DNA of 64,000 nucleotides from Candidatus Latescibacterota bacterium. Its GTDB lineage: Bacteria > Latescibacterota > UBA2968 > UBA8231. Shown one piece after another: positions 56,163-64,000 of this stretch (positions within the stretch are counted from its first letter, which is position 1; every line of letters begins with the position of its first letter). The stretch spans positions 4,576,001 through 4,640,000 of the forward strand of contig OZ252098.1 in assembly GCA_965248355.1 (NCBI GenBank). Reading direction: 5' to 3'. A program made the translations under genes and the position numbers. The notes under the pieces are model-generated. The model did not search any database. It was not told the DNA's origin and saw only the letters and a program-made list of their open reading frames with translations.

Positions 56163-57508
56163 TACTTGTAGTGCTCCGCCTTGTACGGCCCCCCCGCCTT
56201 GATCCCCAGGTAGCCCGCCTGCCCGCCGCTGAGGCGGTCGAGCCGGATCCCCAGCTTCTTCAGGTGCAGCCGCGCCACCTGCTCGTCCAGCTCCTTCGGC
56301 AGGCGGTAGACGCCGACCTCGTGCCCGCGGTTGAACAGCTCGATCTGGGCTAGCACCTGGTTGCAGAACGACATGGACATGACGAAGGAGGGGTGGCCGG
56401 TGGCGCAGCCGAGGTTGACCAGGCGGCCCTCGGCCAGCAGCAGGATGGAGTGGCCGTCGGGGAAGGTGTACTCGTCGACCTGGGGCTTGATCTCCGTGTG
56501 CCGGATGCCCGGGAACTTCTGCAGCTCCTCCACCTGGATCTCCACGTCGAAGTGGCCGATGTTGCAGACGATGGCGCCGTCCTTCATGGCCTTCATGTGC
56601 TCGATGGTGATCACGTCGCGGCAGCCGGTGGTGGTGACGAAGATGTCCCCCTCCTTCGCCGCCTGCTTCATGGGCATCACCTCCAGGCCCTCCATGGCCG
56701 CCTGCAGGGCGCAGATCGGATCGACCTCGGTGACGATGACGCGGGCGCCGAAGCTCTTCATGGAGCCCACCGAGCCCTTGCCCACGTCTCCGTACCCGGC
56801 GACGATCACGGTCTTGCCCGCCGTCATGATGTCGGTGGCGCGCTTGATGCCGTCGAGGAGTGACTCCCGGCAGCCGTAGAGGTTGTCGAACTTCGACTTG
56901 GTCACCGAGTCGTTGACGTTGATGGCCGGGATCTTCAGGCGGCCCTCCTCCAGCCGCCGGTAGAGGCTGTGGACGCCGGTGGTCGTCTCCTCCGAGGTGC
57001 CGCGGATCTCCGGCAGCAGCTCGGGGCGCTCGTCGTGGACCCAGCCCGTCAGGTCGCCGCCGTCGTCGAGGATCATGTTGGGCCCCTGGCCGCCGGGCCA
57101 GTTCAGGGTCTGGTCCGTGCACCACCAGTACTCCTTCTCCGTCTCCCCCTTCCAGGCGAAGACCGGCGTGCCCGTGGCGGCGATCGCCGCCGCCGCGTGG
57201 TCCTGGGTGGAGAAGATGTTGCACGAGCACCAGCGCACCTCGGCGCCGAGGGCCTGCAGGGTCTCGATGAGCACCGCTGTCTGGATCGTCATGTGCAGGG
57301 AGCCGGCGATGCGCGCCCCCTTCAGGGGCTTCTCCTCGCCGTACTCCTCGCGCAGGGCCATGAGGCCCGGCATCTCCCGCTCGGCCAGGCGGATCTCCTT
57401 GCGGCCCCATCCGGCCAGCCCGATGTCCGCCACTCTGTAATCGTCGGCCCGCCCGTTTCGGCCCTTCGCCTTGCGGGTCTTGCGTGCTGGGGTCGCGGCT
57501 TTGCTCAT
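56159..57508 (-). CDS. ahcY: Adenosylhomocysteinase
   Basis: [45 protein letters not shown]. Confidence 0.98.
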   Translation of the reverse strand: MSKAATPARKTRKAKGRNGRADDYRVADIGLAGWGRKEIRLAEREMPGLMALREEYGEEKPLKGARIAGSLHMTIQTAVLIETLQALGAEVRWCSCNIFSTQDHAAAAIAATGTPVFAWKGETEKEYWWCTDQTLNWPGGQGPNMILDDGGDLTGWVHDERPELLPEIRGTSEETTTGVHSLYRRLEEGRLKIPAINVNDSVTKSKFDNLYGCRESLLDGIKRATDIMTAGKTVIVAGYGDVGKGSVGSMKSFGARVIVTEVDPICALQAAMEGLEVMPMKQAAKEGDIFVTTTGCRDVITIEHMKAMKDGAIVCNIGHFDVEIQVEELQKFPGIRHTEIKPQVDEYTFPDGHSILLLAEGRLVNLGCATGHPSFVMSMSFCNQVLAQIELFNRGHEVGVYRLPKELDEQVARLHLKKLGIRLDRLSGGQAGYLGIKAGGPYKAEHYKY

Positions 57509-58434
57509 GGTTTCCGTCCTCTGAATGTGATGAGTTGAATCGCTTCTGAATCCGGGGCGGCGGTGCCGGCCTCGATCACTTCAAAGCCGGCCGTCTCGAG
57601 CCAGCTGCGCATCTGGTCGGGCTGGAACCCGAGCCACAGATCGGCCAGTTGGTCGCGCAGGCTCTCGTCGGTGTGCGGGGCGAGGTCGATCAGCGCCAGC
57701 TCCCCGCCCGAGGCCAGGGCCCGCCCGGCCTCCTTGAGGGCCTGGGGGGGCGCCGACACGTGGTGCAGGACCATGCAGGCCAGCACCGCGTCGGCCTCGC
57801 CGTCGGCCACGGGAAGGTGCTCCAGATCCCCGAGGCGGAAGTCGCACCGGTGGGCCTCGTCGCCCGCCGACTTGCGCGCCAGGTCGAGCATGGTCGTGGA
57901 GGAGTCGACGGCGATGACCCGCCCGGCGCGCTCCAGCAGGGCGGGCAGCATCAGGCCCGAGCCGGTGCCGAGGTCGAGGATCGTGCCGGCCTGAGCGGGA
58001 AGGACCGAGAGCGCCACGCGGCGGTAGTAGGTGCCGTCGAGGGAGCGGTGGCGCAGCTCGTCGCCGGGGGAGAGGCTGTCGAAGAAGCTGCGCGTCTGCT
58101 CGCGGCGGCGCTCCACCGCCGTCTCCAGCCGCTGCACGTCGGCCTCGTAGTGGGGCATCTCGCGCTCGTGCCCGTCCAGCAGCGCCAGGGTGTGGGCCAC
58201 CAGCGGGGATGCCCCGTCCGCGGCGCGCTCGTAGTAGATCCAGGTGCCCTCGCGCCGGCTGGTCACCAGCCCCGCCTCGGCGAGGATGCGCAGGTGGCGG
58301 GAGATGCGGCTCTGCCCCATGCGCAGGATGCCCAGGATCTCGTTGACGTTCAGCGGCCCCCGCGCCAGCAGGCGCATGAGGCGCAGCCGCGTCTCGTCGG
58401 CGAGGGCCTTGTGGATCTGCAGCAGCTCGGGCAC
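57505..58434 (-). CDS. sahR: ArsR-HTH plus methyltransferase regulator (SahR-type)
   Basis: [10 protein letters not shown]...[19 protein letters not shown]; coupled to ahcY. Confidence 0.85.
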   Translation of the reverse strand: MPELLQIHKALADETRLRLMRLLARGPLNVNEILGILRMGQSRISRHLRILAEAGLVTSRREGTWIYYERAADGASPLVAHTLALLDGHEREMPHYEADVQRLETAVERRREQTRSFFDSLSPGDELRHRSLDGTYYRRVALSVLPAQAGTILDLGTGSGLMLPALLERAGRVIAVDSSTTMLDLARKSAGDEAHRCDFRLGDLEHLPVADGEADAVLACMVLHHVSAPPQALKEAGRALASGGELALIDLAPHTDESLRDQLADLWLGFQPDQMRSWLETAGFEVIEAGTAAPDSEAIQLITFRGRKP

Positions 58435-58500
58435 GGGGAAGGTCGGCGAGCGGGTTGGGGATCCTTGCGGAGGGAGGGCAGAATGTAGGGCAGGGGGAGC

Positions 58501-58526
58501 AATATATCAAGATTTATTGATGTATT
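58501..58526. promoter_or_regulatory. Putative SahR operator
   Basis: AATATATCAA-N6-TTGATGTATT (10-bp IR, one mismatch) upstream of sahR-ahcY. Confidence 0.75.
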
Positions 58527-58616
58527 CGGGTGGAGCAGAGGCCTGGCTCTGGAATCCGCAGAGGATCGTCACGTACCTTGAACTTGCCTGAACCGCAAAT
58601 CTGCAGGAGTCCAGCA

Positions 58617-59692
58617 ATGAGCAACCAGGGGACCGCCGGGGCAACATCCCCGCGGCTGAGCGGGCAGCAGTACCGCGAGCTGTTCGAAGAGTCGCACGAC
58701 GCCATATTGATCATCGCGCGGGACGGGGTCATTCTCGACGCCAACCACGCGGCGAGCGAGTTGTTCGCCTGGCCCCATGCCGACTTCATCGGCATGAACG
58801 TCCGCCGCATCTACGCCAATGCCAAGGACCGTGAGCGCTTCCAGGAACAGATCGAGCGCGAGGGGTACGTCCGCGACTTCGAAGTCGTCTGCGTTACCCG
58901 CGATGCGCGGCGGCTGGACTGCCTGATCACCACCGTGGTGCGGCGCGCCGCCGACGGCAGCGTCAGCGGGTACCAGGGCATCGTCCGCGACGTCAGCGAG
59001 CGCAAGCAGCTGGAGCGGGAGCGGCGCGAGTACCATGACCAGTTGCGCTCGCTGGCTACCGAGCTCGTGGTGATCGAAGACCGCGAGCGGCGCCGCATCG
59101 CCCTCAATCTGCACGACCGCATCGGGCAGATCCTGGCCGTGTCGCAGATCAAGGTCGAGGCGCTGCGCCAGGCAGCCGGGGACAGCGAGCGTCAAGTCCT
59201 CCTCAATGACCTGCACGGGCTTCTCGACCGGATGAACGAGGACGTGCGCTCGCTGATATCCGACCTCAGCCCCCCCGTGCTTCATGACTTGGGGCTCGTC
59301 CCCGGAGTGCAATGGCTCGCCGGGAAACTCGAAGAGGAGCTGGGTCTGCGGGTGCGTGTTGAGAGCGAGGGGGACTGCGAGGTCCCGGACAAGGATCTGC
59401 GCGCTTCGCTTTTCCGCTGCATTCGCGAGCTACTGCTGAACGTCACTCGGCACGCCGGCACGGAGGCCGCGCGTGTCTCCCTGCGCCGCGAGGAGACTGA
59501 ACTGAGCGTGGTCGTGGAGGACAGCGGCCGGGGCTTCGACCCCTTGCATCCCGAGGGCCTCGGCACCGGTACGGTTTCGGCCTGTTCAGTATCCGGGAGT
59601 GCATGACCCAGGCGGGCGGCTCCTTCCACATCGAATCGACACCGGGCCAGGGGACCCGCTGCCAGCTGACGGTCCCTGGGCCGGGGCGGTAA
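58617..59692 (+). pseudogene. PAS sensor histidine kinase (NarX/UhpB type), frameshift near 59572
   Basis: ERRRIALNLHD, ELLLNVTRHA, DSGRGFD; GFGLFSIRE...PGQGT continues in another frame. Confidence 0.8.
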
Positions 59693-59704
59693 GAAAGGCT
59701 CCCG

Positions 59705-60117
59705 ATGACGACGCGCGTGGCGCTGGTGGATGATCACGAACTGGTGCGCGACGGTTGCGCGCGCTGTTGGCAAAGGACAGCGAGTTCGAGGTAGTCGGCG
59801 AGGCGGAAACCGCCCGGCAGGCCATCGAGGTGGTGGCCGCCCGCAGACCGGAGGTTGTGGTCATGGATGTCGCCCTCCCTGATCTGAGCGGAGTCGAAGC
59901 GACGAGGCAGGTGCTGGCCCACGCCCCGGGCGTGAAGGTGGTGGCCCTGTCCGTGCACGCCGACCAGCAATACGTGGCCGGCATGCTGCAGGCGGGCGCC
60001 TCGGCGTACGTGCTGAAAGAGGAGGCCGCCGTCGAGTTGCTGAAGGCGATCCGGTCCGCCCTGGCCGGTCGCACCTACCTGAGCCCGGAACTGGCCAGTT
60101 CCTGGAGGATTTCCTGA
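59705..60117 (+). pseudogene. NarL-type response regulator, frameshift near 59754, no HTH
   Basis: MTTRVALVDDHELVRDG then a frame change to LRALL...MDVALP...YVLK...YLSP; LuxR HTH not found. Confidence 0.8.
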
Positions 60118-60461
60118 GTGGCATCCCCGAGGCGACCAACCTCGACCTCATGGCCGTCCTCGCGCAGCCGACGCCCTACCAGATCGCCGGCGACACCATG
60201 ACCATCCTCGGAGAGGAACAGGGAGCGGGCTTCGACGATGTAGCCGATGCCGTACCAGCAGCGGGAGTACGGGTCCTCCAGCTCCGGCGGCGTGAAGGTA
60301 AGCTCGACGTAGGCGCTCCGGCCCACGGGCCGGGCCGACAGGTCCGTGACGCCCCCCAGCTCGACGTCCCAGTGGCGCCAGCACTCGAAGTCGTCCACGA
60401 TGGGGCCGCTTGTGGGCTTGGAGCAGCCGCCCAGCACCAGGACCAACAGCAGGCGTCTCAC
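60075..60461 (-). CDS. Putative lipoprotein
   Basis: GTG start; RRLLLVLVLGG-C lipobox-like; GTGA overlap with the upstream ORF. Confidence 0.45.
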   Translation of the reverse strand: MRRLLLVLVLGGCSKPTSGPIVDDFECWRHWDVELGGVTDLSARPVGRSAYVELTFTPPELEDPYSRCWYGIGYIVEARSLFLSEDGHGVAGDLVGRRLREDGHEVEVGRLGDATQEILQELASSGLR

Positions 60462-60840
60462 GCCTCGTCTTCGCAGCCGTGGGGGCCGTCGTGCCAGCGG
60501 ACCACCCGCCAGACACCGGACGAGTCCGCCTCCACCCGGATCGACATCTCCTGCTCCACGTGGGTCAGGGAGTAGCGGGTGCGAAACAGGTGCATCTCCG
60601 CCGGTCCGGTGAAGGTCCGGGAGGTGTGTCCGTCGCTGAGCCAGGGATCGCGCAGGGTCCAGGTGATGCCGAGGTAGTGGTCGAAGACGCCGGAGGCGAC
60701 GTCTCCAGCGTCCCAAACGACCTCGTGGTCCCCGGCCTCCCGGAACCTGTCCACCAAGGTACGCACCGGTTGGCCAATGGCGTTGTAGATCACCAGTCGC
60801 ACGTGGCCAGGCTCGACCAGGCGATATGGGACTTGCGTCG
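60458..60840 (-). pseudogene. Fragment with FlgD Ig-like C-terminal domain
   Basis: VRLVIYNAIGQPVRTLVD...GDHEVVWD...ASGV fused to unrelated sequence. Confidence 0.5.
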
Positions 60841-61131
60841 TGGCCCCTCTCAGCCGGTTTCCGCCTGCGCTCGCGCGGCCTCCTGAGTGGATACTATGAA
60901 GTCCGTTACCGCTACCTGGGACTCGTGAATACGACCCAAGGGGTTGAGCGCCACTTCAATCTCGGGGGGTTCTTCCAATACCGGTGGCCAGTCGGTCCCA
61001 CCTGCGGCTTTCCTCGCCCTGCTCTTCCTGGTGGCCGCCGGGGTCTCGGCCTTGCCCGCAGTTCGGCCTCCTCCCTGGTGATGCTGGTCACCGGGGGGAC
61101 CGTGCTCATGGTCGTCTCTTGCGCTTGGACT

Positions 61132-61380
61132 TCATGGGGTTCCCTCCAGATAGCGGTCGAGGCGGTCGTTGACGCGGTCGATGCGGCCGCCCAGATCGGC
61201 GTTGACGCGGTCGATGCGGCTACCCAGATCGGCGTTGACGCGGTCGATGCGGCTACCCAGATCATGGCGCTGGTCTCGGATCTCGGTGCGCAGATCCCGG
61301 ATCTCCGTGCGCATGAAGCGCCATAGCGCCAAGCCGACGGCCACGACCAAGGTCGGGGTGATCCAGTCGATTCCTGTCAT
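61132..61380 (-). CDS. Small TM plus coiled-coil repeat protein (82 aa)
   Basis: TM ITPTLVVAVGLALWR; DLGSRIDRVNA repeats; ends RLDRYLEGTP. Confidence 0.7.
   Translation of the reverse strand: MTGIDWITPTLVVAVGLALWRFMRTEIRDLRTEIRDQRHDLGSRIDRVNADLGSRIDRVNADLGGRIDRVNDRLDRYLEGTP
61168..61263. repeat. 33-bp tandem repeat, about 3 copies, coding
   Basis: GTTGACGCGGTCGATGCGGC(C/T)(G/A)CCCAGATCGGC. Confidence 0.92.
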
Positions 61381-61537
61381 GAGTCGTTCCCTCCGCAAAG
61401 CGTGGGATGTGGGGTAGAAGTTACTGACCGGCGACTCCTTGAGGCAGTCGCAGCACCTTGCAGCGAAGCCCGGCTTCGGTGGGCCGCTGGCTTCGCTGCC
61501 ATCGCTGCCATCGGCAGGGCGTAGAGATCGACCTGGG

Positions 61538-61729
61538 TCACGTAGACTTCGCTGCGCGCTTGTCGACTTCGCCCGCGGAGGCGGTCTCGAAGAACAAGGT
61601 GAGCGCCTCGGCCAGGTTGTCGCGCGCTTCGGCCACGGTGTCTCCCTGGCTGGCGACGTCAAGTTCGGGGCACAGGGCGACGTATCCGTCCCCTTCGCGT
61701 TCAACGATGGCGGTCAGCTGTCTGGTCAT
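61538..61729 (-). CDS. HicB-like antitoxin (UPF0150), 3' end probably frameshifted
   Basis: YVALCPELDVASQGDTVAEARDNLAEAL; the SEVYVTQV tail lies in another frame; no hicA seen. Confidence 0.75.
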   Translation of the reverse strand: MTRQLTAIVEREGDGYVALCPELDVASQGDTVAEARDNLAEALTLFFETASAGEVDKRAAKST

Positions 61730-61754
61730 GCCGTCTCCTGCAGGGGTGTAGCCA

Positions 61755-62435
61755 CTACTCCAGCCCGGCGCGGATCTCCTCGATCCAGGCGACGACCTGT
61801 TTCACCTTGGAGGTGAGCCCGGCGTAGTCGCGGCTGGCCACGATTTCCCGCGTCACCAGGTTGGAGCCGATGCCGACGCAGGCGACGCCGGCGGAGAGCC
61901 AGGCCTCCAGGCTCTCGCGGGTGGCGTCGACGCCGCCGGTGGGCATGATGCGCGTCCACGGGCAGGGGCCGAGGACGGACTTGACGAAGGCGGGGCCGCC
62001 GACCTCGCCGGCGGGGAAGACCTTGACGATCTCCACCCCCAACTCCTCGGCCCGGGCGATCTCGGAGACGGTGCCGCAGCCGGGGGAGTAGGCGACCTTG
62101 CGGCGGTTGCAGAGGCGGGCCACCTCGGGGTTGAGGAGGGGTCCGACGACGAAGTCGGCGCCGCTGGAGATGTAGAGGCCGGCGGTGGGCGCGTCGACGA
62201 TGGAGCCTACGCCCAAGATGATGTCCAGGTCCTCGGCCACGATCCGCTCCATGGCCTCCACGAAGACCTTCCAGGCGAGGTCGCCGCGGTTGGTGAACTC
62301 GACGCAGCGGGCGCCGCCGTCGGCGCAGGCCTTGATGATGTCGATGGCGATCTGGGGGTCCTTGTTGTAGAACACGGGCACGACGCCGATGTCGCCCATG
62401 GCGCCGAGGACGGTCATGCGGTCGTATCTGGCCAT
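61755..62435 (-). CDS. eda: KDPG/KHG aldolase family protein
   Basis: VEFTNR, GVGSIVD, IVKVFPA, IMPTGGV. Confidence 0.9.
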   Translation of the reverse strand: MARYDRMTVLGAMGDIGVVPVFYNKDPQIAIDIIKACADGGARCVEFTNRGDLAWKVFVEAMERIVAEDLDIILGVGSIVDAPTAGLYISSGADFVVGPLLNPEVARLCNRRKVAYSPGCGTVSEIARAEELGVEIVKVFPAGEVGGPAFVKSVLGPCPWTRIMPTGGVDATRESLEAWLSAGVACVGIGSNLVTREIVASRDYAGLTSKVKQVVAWIEEIRAGLE

Positions 62436-63190
62436 CAGTAGGGAGCCGGGGTGTCGGGGTAGTGGTGGAAGGCGTCCTCGCCGCGCAGCAGGACCGGGCG
62501 CCAGGCGAGGCCTACGGAGTTGGCCTGCACCTGGCGGGCCTGGGGCGGGATGTAGCGCACCGTGAGACCGCAGCGCCGCCGCTGCGAGAGGTTCGGTTGG
62601 CTGGCGTGGAAGAGCTGGCCGTTGTGGATGGAGATCTGCCCGGCCTTCAGCTCCAGCGGCACGGCCTGGCTCGAGTCGACCAGCTCGTCGGGGATCTCCT
62701 GGTTGATGCTCAGCAGGTTGCCGCCGCGGTCGGAGGTGCCGTGCTCGGCGATGCCCTCCCGGTGGGACCCGGGGATGACCTGCATGCAGCCGTTGTCCAC
62801 GTCGGCGTCGTCCACGGCGATCCAGGCGGTGTGGGCCTCGGGCGGCTCCAGCCCCCAGTAGGTGATGTCCTGGTGCCAGGCGACGAACTTCGTCGAATCG
62901 GGGTCGGGGTACTTGCAGAAGAAGTGGGTGGACAGCAGCATGATGTCGTCGCCCATGCAGGCCGCCATCGACTCGACGATGCGCGGGTCGCTGGCCATCT
63001 GCCAGATGAACTCCTCGTCGAAGTGGCGGCCCTGGAGGCCGATCTGGCACTTCTCCCGGCCTTCGCGGGCCTCGAGGTCGTCGAACTGCCCGCGGAAGGC
63101 GGCGATCTCGGGCTCGGTGAAGATGTCGAGGCGGGTGACGAAGCCGTCGCGTTGGTACGTGGCGGCCAGGTCGGTGGTGGTGACGGTCAT
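62435..63190 (-). CDS. Phytanoyl-CoA dioxygenase (PhyH) family protein
   Basis: WHQD (HxD), AWIAVD, NGCMQVIPGSH, FHASQPN. Confidence 0.92.
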   Translation of the reverse strand: MTVTTTDLAATYQRDGFVTRLDIFTEPEIAAFRGQFDDLEAREGREKCQIGLQGRHFDEEFIWQMASDPRIVESMAACMGDDIMLLSTHFFCKYPDPDSTKFVAWHQDITYWGLEPPEAHTAWIAVDDADVDNGCMQVIPGSHREGIAEHGTSDRGGNLLSINQEIPDELVDSSQAVPLELKAGQISIHNGQLFHASQPNLSQRRRCGLTVRYIPPQARQVQANSVGLAWRPVLLRGEDAFHHYPDTPAPY

Positions 63191-63283
63191 GAGGCAGCTC
63201 CTGCGAGGGGGTGAGCACGGCGAGTATAGGCGTCGGGGATCGAGACGGTCAACGGAGCGCGGCAGCATGGAAGGAGGAGGAAG

Positions 63284-64000
63284 GTGAGCACGGAACCGCT
63301 GGTGAACGAGCAGTTGCTGGAGCACGAGGAGTACTTCGCTTCCCCCGGCCGAAGGGAGGAGCTGACGGAGATGTTCGGCTTCGAGCGGCGGCTGCTGCTG
63401 CTCGGGGAGGGGGCCGCGAGCCAGTTGCCGGAGGAGGGCCGGCGCCTCGGCGCCGGGTCGGTGATGGTCGTCCACGACGCTGCCGTGGAGGGGGTGGCCG
63501 CCCCCGTGGTCGAAGGGTTGCGAGAGGCCGGCATTCGGATCGCCGACACCTTCACCGGGATCGTGCCCAACCCGACGGTGGCCTCCGTCGACGCCCTGGC
63601 GGCGGCGGTGGCGGGCAGCGGCGTCGAGGCGGTGGTCGCCATCGGGGGAGGCAGCACCATGGACACCGCCAAGGTGGGGGTGTGCGTGGCGACCTGCGGC
63701 GGTTCCGCGGCCGACTACTTCGGCTTCGACCTCTTCGAGCGGGGGCCGCGCTGGCCGCTGATCTGTCTGCCCACCACCGCCGGCACCGGCGCCGAGGCCA
63801 GCTGCGTGGCCGTGGTCGTGGGCGAGGGCGGCAAGCAGGCGGTCTTTTCCGAGCACATCCAGCCCGCCGCCGCCATCGTCGACCCGCGGCTGTCGGCGGG
63901 CATGCCGCCGGCCCTGACGGCCACCACCGGTCTCGACGCCCTCGGCCACGCCCTGGAGTGCACGGCCTCGAAGAAGAGCGGCCCCCTGGGCGACGCCGTG
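63284..64000 (+). CDS. Iron-containing alcohol dehydrogenase (runs off the window)
   Basis: GTG after GGAGG; PNP, IGGGSTMDTAK, PTTAGTGAE, TGLDALGHALE. Confidence 0.9.
   Translation, partial: MSTEPLVNEQLLEHEEYFASPGRREELTEMFGFERRLLLLGEGAASQLPEEGRRLGAGSVMVVHDAAVEGVAAPVVEGLREAGIRIADTFTGIVPNPTVASVDALAAAVAGSGVEAVVAIGGGSTMDTAKVGVCVATCGGSAADYFGFDLFERGPRWPLICLPTTAGTGAEASCVAVVVGEGGKQAVFSEHIQPAAAIVDPRLSAGMPPALTATTGLDALGHALECTASKKSGPLGDAV

Overview
GC-rich bacterial DNA. Gene content (PhyH, sulfatase, giant FN3 autotransporter, FlgD-like domain, a C-terminal SWGxxK motif) suggests a host/sponge-associated Latescibacterota-like organism; this is inference. The left half (1-36 kb) is accessory. It holds: an IS630 inserted just upstream of an SspD/DndC-like PAPS-reductase gene that sits next to a phosphorothioate-reader (SBD)-HNH nuclease; a higBA module whose toxin is broken by IS256; a class II Fic gene; catabolic enzymes; stacked IS630/ISL3/IS21/IS3 remnants; a 14-kb FN3-repeat autotransporter; and a decayed second copy of the 5-9 kb block carrying a different higBA pair in the same slot. 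The right half holds: an ECF sigma/anti-sigma operon with Gly-rich and DUF4097 envelope proteins; a TonB receptor plus DMFase-like gene; MDR, enolase-family and ggt enzymes; two divergent DUF2089/SHOCT-like operons; an S9 peptidase; sahR-ahcY with its operator; a frameshifted two-component system; two paralogous TM/coiled-coil microproteins; eda, PhyH and a partial Fe-ADH. No rRNA, tRNA or CRISPR array was seen. All family calls come from motif recognition by eye, not database searches.
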